Positions 55,501 through 64,000 of a stretch of DNA of 64,000 nt are shown one piece after another. The first letter of the stretch is position 1. The number at the start of each line of letters is the position of its first letter. Under the pieces are notes generated by a model. It had not been told where the DNA came from. It did not search any database and worked only from the letters and a program-made list of their open reading frames with translations. The stretch lies in the NCBI GenBank assembly GCA_964016885.1, contig OZ024741.1, positions 15,624,001 through 15,688,000 of the forward strand. The letters run 5' to 3'. The DNA is from Eledone cirrhosa (Eukaryota). The position numbers and the translations under genes are program-made.

Positions 55501-55656
55501 TTTTAAGCATTCTATGTATATTGCGCACTCTTTGAATATTGAACACTCTTTGTGTGTTGAGCATTCTATGTATATTGCGCTCTCACTGTATATTGAGTAC
55601 TCTATGTATATTGCGCTCTCTCTTTCTTACTCTCTCTCTCTCTATATATATATATA

Positions 55657-55711
<55 letters not shown>

Positions 55712-55973
55712 CATTCTATGTATATTGCGCTCTCTCTCTACATATATATATAGCATTCTATGTATATAGTACTCTATGTATATTGAGTACTCTGTAGTTT
55801 AGTACTATTGCTAAATGTAAAATTCTCGAACTTCCATGAGATTCCACACAGTTGTGATACCTGGTAACTTAGACCCGGAAAAATTCGGCTCTCCACCTGT
55901 TGAATTCTGCTTGATGTATTTTGTGGCTGTAATTTTAATAAGTCGACCAGTTTGCAGAAACATAGTGGCCCGG

Positions 55974-56040
<67 letters not shown>

Positions 56041-56042
<2 letters not shown>

Positions 56043-56109
56043 AACGATAAACAGCAGACTACTGATGAGGACATTACCCCCTGTCTATTTTTATTTATAT
56101 TTATATATT

Positions 56110-56207
<98 letters not shown>

Positions 56208-56445
56208 TGTGTGTGTGTGTATGTATGTATATATATATATATAAAAATAGACAGGGGGTAATGTCCTCATCAGTAGTCTGCTGTTTATCGTTGGTATTTC
56301 GACGCATTAAAGACTAGATACCTAGTCTTTAATGCGTCGAAATATCAACGATAATCAGCAGACTACTGATGAGGACATTACCCCCTGTCTATTTTTATTC
56401 ATATGTTCATATTCGCAACAACGCAGCACGCCATTCTTCATTCAT
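56041..56445. mobile_element. Alternating (+,-,+) short repeat with a near-perfect 75 bp-arm hairpin
   Basis: Arms 56243-56317 / 56322-56398, loop atac; third copy 56041-56097; contains CGAAA and CTGATGAG. Confidence 0.7.
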
Positions 56446-56790
56446 ATATATATATATACATATGCTTGTGTGTGTATGTATATGCAGGTGTATGTTTGCG
56501 TGTGTGCGTGTATATATTTATTTAATCATTTGTATATTTATTTGAATATAATTTTGACTGGAACAAATTTTGATTCGATTTGTCCATGTAATATATATAT
56601 ATATATATGTATGTATGTGTGTGTGTGAGGTAAAGAGGGGGGGGGGGGTAAAGAGAGAGACAGTCTTCTTTTGTGTGGGTTTGTGTGCATCTATGTGCAT
56701 GTGTATGTGTTCATCTATGTGCATGTGCGTGCATGTTTTTGTATGTGTTTGTCTGTATGAGCGAAGAACGGTGCACACACACATATACCT

Positions 56791-56919
56791 ATAGTTTCAG
56801 AAGATCCCGTTAATCTGTTATTTTAATAAATATTTGCTCTAGGGGGCTAATATATTTGATATATATTTATCCTTATCGAGCCCTCTTTGGATTTTAGTCT
56901 TCACATTTATTATTATTAC

Positions 56920-56920
<1 letters not shown>
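56791..56920 (+). mobile_element. Internally deleted copy of the 12117-12410 family
   Basis: tagtttcagaagatcccgttaa joined to tctgttatttt; the remainder is the reverse complement of 12117-12230. Confidence 0.75.
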
Positions 56921-56951
<31 letters not shown>

Positions 56952-57113
56952 ATCAGGATGGAACCAGTTTAAAACTAGTTAGACCATTACTCCAGAGAGT
57001 ACTGGATACTTGGTGTAGTAGAGTATGGTTATATTATAAAAAGTCGGGACCCGACGGCTGATCCGTTACATATACAGAGAGAGAGAAAGAGAGAGAGCGA
57101 GAGAGGGAGAGGG

Positions 57114-57196
<83 letters not shown>

Positions 57197-57483
57197 AGAG
57201 AGACACAGAGAGAGAGAGAGAGTAAAAACCATTTCCAAAAAAGTATGTGAGGCCAAGGTATGTTTGAGGGAGTTGTATAAGTGAAGGGAAGAGATGACAT
57301 GTAGGGGAACTGTCTCTGTTAAAGACATTAGATGTAGGTCCATTGAAATGTATTGTAGATTTGGCAACGTCTATATATCATTTGTGAAGCTGGGGTTAAT
57401 AGATTATATATATGTATATAATATATACATATATATATATATGGGGGAGAATATATGTGTGTTTATGTGTATATATATATATA

Positions 57484-57575
<92 letters not shown>

Positions 57576-57858
57576 TATACATATACATATGGATAGATAG
57601 ATAGATATATGTGTGTGTATATATCGGTGTGTATGTATAATATTTATTTTTCTCAGGAAAACAAATGAGAGAAATTCAGTAGAGCACCTGACAAAGTCTG
57701 CCTCTGAATTATTTCTATTTACATCACGTTCTTTCTTACATAGATAAAAACTACCAGTAAACTATGTGGCAGTATGTCTACGTTAGAAATACGTATATGT
57801 GTATGTATGTACTCACACACACACACACACACATTCACACATACACATACACACCCAA

Positions 57859-57910
<52 letters not shown>

Positions 57911-58006
57911 TTAAAAATGGAATGAGGAAAAGAAGAAAGCCAGAACGGCGGGGTGGGGGGATTTTCCTCAAAGTGAGAGAGAGAGAGAGACGGAGACAGA
58001 GAAATA

Positions 58007-58295
58007 TTTAATAGAGACGAAGTCAGTGTTGCAGCATATGTACAAAGGCATATATAAGCTCGCATATCTGACGAGATGTCGAAAAAGAGTCGGGTCCCGT
58101 CACCTTGTTTGTAACCTGAGCTGATCGATATCAAAAGGATTGTGATATGCAAATAAAGATTGTACATATGGTGCAACACTGACTTCGACTCTTTAAAATC
58201 TATTTATACGCTGTACACTACAGCTGTAACACTGGAATACAACCCAAACTAAACCTCGTAACAACGTTGAGTGTTTCGAACTGTTGTTACAATTA
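58007..58295 (+). mobile_element. Fold-back element with degenerate hammerhead
   Basis: Arms ~58007-58044 / 58160-58197; GCATAT-CTGACGA-GATGTCGA...TCGATATC-AAAA-ggattgtg-ATATGC then AATAAA (58062-58157). Confidence 0.55.
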
Positions 58296-58604
58296 TATAT
58301 ATATATATATATCTGTGTGTGTGTGTGTGTGTATGTATGTGTGTGTTATCATAAACGAACCAAGAGACGGGTGGGCTTTTGATTACAGCGTCGAGCCAGA
58401 TCGATACAGATCGAACATTGAGCTGATCAATAGCGAAAGGCACGTCAGACCTGAATTAACTTAATGCTGATACTCGTTCCTAAATAGTTGTGATATTACA
58501 CTCAGCTAATGAGAGAAACCTACTATAGTTTAACACCAAATGTTTAATACCAGATACTAGACTTAAACGGAAACACATCGAGGGGCCCAAATTGATTCAC
58601 CAAC

Positions 58605-58846
58605 AGTAACAGATTTTTAGGGCAAAACCAACCGACAGGAGACCTAGGGGTAGACCTCGAGCAAGATGGTTGGATAACATCCATGAGGTTAGCTGGTCTT
58701 TCTTGGGGATCCAGTCAGATCAGTCGGAGACGGTTGCTTCTGACAGGACCTGGGGGAGGAGGAAGAAGAAGAAGAAGAAGAAGAAGAAGAAGAAGAAGAA
58801 GAAGAAGAAGAAGAAGAAGAAGAAGAAGAAGAAGAAGAAGAAGAAG
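58605..58846 (+). mobile_element. RTE LINE 3' remnant with (GAA)n tail
   Basis: AKPTDRRPRGRPRARWLDNI...LGI......ASDRTW then (GAA)n. Confidence 0.7.
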
Positions 58847-59038
58847 CCAATAGTTAACTGGTATTTATGATATCGACCAAAAAAGTGTTAGAGCCGTCCT
58901 TGACATGATTTGAACTCAGAATGTAATGGCATATATTAAAACAACACAAATAATACTTTTATCTGTTGCTCTACCGATTACACCACGTCCAATCTCTTGT
59001 TTGTGTAAATACTGATTCAATCGGAAATAAATCATCCA

Positions 59039-59186
<148 letters not shown>

Positions 59187-59196
59187 TCATACATGC

Positions 59197-59228
<32 letters not shown>

Positions 59229-59248
59229 ATATATACATATATAAATGC

Positions 59249-59307
<59 letters not shown>

Positions 59308-59749
59308 TGGGAAGGGGGGAGGGAGAAAAATAATAAATAAAAGTATAAAATCTAAAAAATATATATAAATAAAAGTTATTAATTATAAAATATCATTAAT
59401 TATCGTCATTAATTAGTGATGAATAATTGTCATTTCTTGGGGGTCGTGAAAAATTAAGCCCCGCCTACTACACGGGGGTGTGTGTATAATACAGCAACAA
59501 CAACAAATAGCAAATTAATAACAAAAACAACTGTTACAATGACAACTACAGGAACATTATAGCAGCAATAACAATGACAAGAGGTACAAGGAATATTAAG
59601 GGAGTCGTAAAGGGCACTGGTTTGATATACGGTGTTTCTAGGGTATTTATAAAACCTGGCGGACCGAATCCTCTCCAGGTCTGAATATAACAGATTTCTT
59701 CCAGAGAAAGATAGAGTGAGAGAGAGGAAGTAAGAAAGAGATATAGGGG

Positions 59750-60090
59750 AAGAATCGACGCCAGTATTAGACTGGTACTTCTTTTATTGACCTAGAATAA
59801 ATGAAAGGAAAAGATGACCTCGGCGGTATTTGAACTGAGAGATTAGAGAGCTGAAACGAATGCTATAAAGTATTCTATCTGACGTTCTAAGCACTCTGCT
59901 AATTCACCACCTAATAATCGTTTCTTATATAGGCACAAGGCCAGCAATTATGGGGAAAGGCAAAGTCGATTAAATCGACACCATTGTATTACTGGTACTT
60001 TATTTTATTGACCCCGTAAGGATGAAAGCAAAGTTAACCTCGGCCGCATTTGAACTCAGATCATAAAGTGTGCTACGTAACTCTTTGCTA
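59750..60090 (-). mobile_element. Two tRNA-derived SINE copies (Meta-domain-like); further decayed copy ~58857-58990
   Basis: ctggtactt..tttattgacc....gatgaaag..aagtt.acctcggc...atttgaactcaga. Confidence 0.75.
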
Positions 60091-63000
60091 CAAATAACAC
60101 CAAATACCACAAGAGTAATACTAACAATAACACCAAATACCACAACGGTAACACTAACAATAACACCAAATACCACAACAGTAACACTAACAATAACACC
60201 AAATACCACAACAGTAACACTAACAATAACACCAAATACCACTACAGTAACACTAACAATAACACCAAATACCACTACAGTAACACTAACAATAACACCA
60301 AATACCACAACAGTAACACTAACAATAACACCAAATACCACAACAGTAACACTAACAATAACACCAAATACCACAACAGTAACACTAACAATAACACCAA
60401 ATACCACTACAGTAACACTAACAATAACACCAAATACCACAACAGTAACACTAACAATAACACCAAATACCACAACAGTAATACTAACAATAACACCAAA
60501 TACCACAACAGCAACACTAACAATAACACCAAATACCACAACAGTAACACTAACAATAACACCAAATACCACAACAGTGACACTAACAATAAAACCAAAT
60601 ACCACAACAGTAACACTAACAATAACACCAAATACCACAACAGTAACACTAACAATAAAACCAAATACCACAACAGTAACACTAACAATAACACCAAATA
60701 CCACAACAGTAACACTAACAATAACACCAAATACCACAACAGTGACACTAACAATAACACCAAATACCACGACAGTAACACTAACAATAACACCAAATAC
60801 CACAACAGTAACACTAACAATAACACCAAATACCACAACAGTAATACTAACACTAACACCGAATACCACAACAGTAATACTAACAATAACACCAAATACC
60901 ACGACAGTAACACTAACACTAACACTAACACCAAATACCACAACAGTAATACTAACAATAACACCAAATACCACAACAGTAATACTAACAATAACACCAA
61001 ATACCACTACAGTAACACTAACACTAACAATAACACCAAATACCACAACAGTAATACTAACAATAACACCAAATACCACAACAGTAATACTAACACTAAC
61101 ACCAAATACCACAACAGTAACACTAACAATAACACCAAATACCACAACAGTAATACTAACAATAACACCAAATACCACAACAGTAATACTAACACTAACA
61201 CCAAATACCACAACAGTAACACTAACAATAACACCAAATACCACAACAGTAACACTAACAATAACACCAAATACCACAACAGTAACACTAACAATAATAC
61301 TAAATACCACAACAGTAACACTAACAATAACACCAAATACCACAACAGTAACATTAACAATAACACCAAATACCACAACAGTAACACTAACACTAACACC
61401 AAATACCACAACAGTAATACTAACAATAACACCAAATACCACAACAGTAATACTAACAATAACACCAAATACCACAACAGTAACACTAACACTAACACTA
61501 ACACCAAATACCACAACAGTAATACTAACAATAACACCAAATACCACAACAGTAATACTAACAATAACACCAAATACCACAACAGTAACACTAACACTAA
61601 CACTAACACCAAATACCACAACAGTAATACTAACAATAACACCAAATACCACAACAGTAATACTAACAATAACACCAAATACCACAACAGTAACACTAAC
61701 ACTAACAATAACACCAAATACCACAACAGTAATACTAACAATAACACCAAATACCACAACAGTAATACTAACACTAACACCAAATACCACAACAGTAACA
61801 CTAACAATAACACCAAATACCACTACAGTAACACTAACAATAACACCAAATACCACTACAGTAACACTAACAATAACACCAAATACCACAACAGTAATAC
61901 TAACAATAACACCAAATACCACAACAGTAATACTAACACTAACACCAAATACCACAACAGTAACACTAACAATAACACCAAATACAACAACAGTAATACT
62001 AACAATAACACCAAATACCACAACAGTAACACTAACAATAACACCAAATACCACAACAGTAATACTAACAATAACACCAAATACCACAAGAGTAACACTA
62101 ACAATAACACCAAATACCACAACAGTAACACTAACAATAACACCAAATACCACAATAGTAACACTAACAATAACACCAAATACCACAACAGTAATACTAA
62201 CAATAATACCAAATACCACAACAGTAACACTAACAATAACACCAAATACCACTACATTAACACTAACAATAACACCAAATACCACAACAGTAACACTAAC
62301 ACTAACACCAAATACCACAACAGTAACACTAACAATAACACCAAATACCACTACAGTAACAATAACAATAACACCAAATACCACAAGAGTAACACTAACA
62401 CTAACACTAACACCAAATACCACAACAGTAATACTAACAATAACACCAAATACCACAACAGTAACACTAACACTAACACTAACACCAAATACCACAACAG
62501 TAACACTAACACTAACACTAACACCAAATACCACAACAGTAATACTAACAATAACACCAAATACCACAACAGTAACACTAACACTAACACCAAATACCAC
62601 TACAGTAATACTAACAATAACACCAAATACGACAACAGTAACACTAACAATAACACTAAATACCACAACAGTAACACTAACAATAACACCAAATACCACA
62701 AGAGTAACCCTAACAATAACACCAAATACCACAAGAGTAACACTAACAATAACACCAAATACCACAAGAGTAACACTAACAATAACACTAAATACCACAA
62801 GAGTAACACTAACAATAACACCAAATACCACAAGAGTAACAATAACAATAACACCAAATACCACTACAGTAACACTAACAATAACACCAAATACCACAAG
62901 AGTAACACTAACAATAACACCAAATACCACAAGAGTAGCACTAACAATAACAACAAATACCACAACAGTAACACTAACAATAACACCAAATACCACAACA

Positions 63001-64000
63001 GTAACACTAGCAATAACACTAAATACCACAACAGTAACACTAACAATAACACCAAATACCACAACAGTAACACTAACAATAACACTAAATACCACAACAG
63101 TAACACTAACAATAACACCAAATACCACAAGAGTAACACTAACAATAACACCAAATACCACAAGAGTAACACTAACAATAACACCAAATACCACAAGAGT
63201 AACACTAACAATAACACCAAATACCACAACAGTAACACTAACAATAACACCAAATACCACAACAGTAACACTAACAATAACACCAAATACCACAACAGTG
63301 ACACTAACAATAACACCAAATACCACAAGAGTAACACTAGCAATAACACCAAATACCACAAGAGTAACACTAACAATAACACCAAATACCACAAGAGTAA
63401 CACTAACAATAACACCAAATACCACAACAGTATCACTAACAATAACACCAAATACCACAACAGTAACACTAACTATAACACCAAATACCACAACAGTAAC
63501 ACTAACAATAACACCAAATACCACAACAGTGACACTAACAATATCACCAAATACCACAACAGTAACACTAACAATAACACCAAATACCACAACAGTAACA
63601 CTAACAATAACACCAAATACCACAACAGTGACACTAACAATATCACCAAACACCACAACAGTAACACTAACAATAACACCAAATACCACAAGAGTAACAC
63701 TAACAATAACACCAAATACCACAAGAGTAACAATAACAATAACACCAAATACCACTACAGTAACACTAACAATAACACCAAATACCACAAGAGTAACACT
63801 AACAATAACACCAAATACCACAAGAGTAGCACTAACAATAACAACAAATACCACAACAGTAACACTAACAATAACACCAAATACCACAACAGTAACACTA
63901 GCAATAACACTAAATACCACAACAGTAACACTAACAATAACACCAAATACCACAACAGTAACACTAACAATAACACTAAATACCACAACAGTAACACTAA
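60091..64000. repeat. 33 bp minisatellite running to the window end
   Basis: acaataacaccaaataccacaacagtaacacta with 6 bp insertion variants. Confidence 0.95.

Noticed and set aside
55811-55975. Possible host exon on the minus strand
   Set aside because: No recognisable protein similarity and weak splice signals
58418-58452. CTGATCA...CGAAA...GTC hammerhead-like words
   Set aside because: Core mismatch and no stem II
60000-63986. 1328 aa Val-rich ORF, and similar long ORFs at 9878-11649, 49780-52294 and 54346-55711
   Set aside because: Translations of minisatellites that lack stop codons; no non-repetitive coding context

Overview
Eukaryotic, AT-rich, apparently gene-free repeat region. The SINE types and extreme (TA)n/(TACA)n load suggest a cephalopod such as Octopus, which is an inference. 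No host gene can be supported, and almost all long ORFs in the track are translations of micro- or minisatellites. Recognisable coding sequence comes only from retrotransposons: a Penelope-like element (GIY-YIG, Naiad-like), two families of RLE-type R4/Dong LINEs, RTE fragments, a CR1-group LINE and a Tx1/L1 LINE. Main unexplained structures: (1) many short fold-back elements in (TA)n tracts that carry minimal type I hammerhead ribozymes or remnants, with family-specific palindromic stem III sequences; (2) 11 co-oriented copies of a ~610/~410 nt non-autonomous element that shares its terminal zinc-finger remnant and 3' stem-loop with a neighbouring RTE LINE and sits in (ATAC)n/(AT)n tracts; (3) a near-perfect 2.5 kb triplication and an unassigned 615 bp head-to-tail array; (4) two 42 bp minisatellites derived from a SINE tRNA head. 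All alignments and folds were done by eye.
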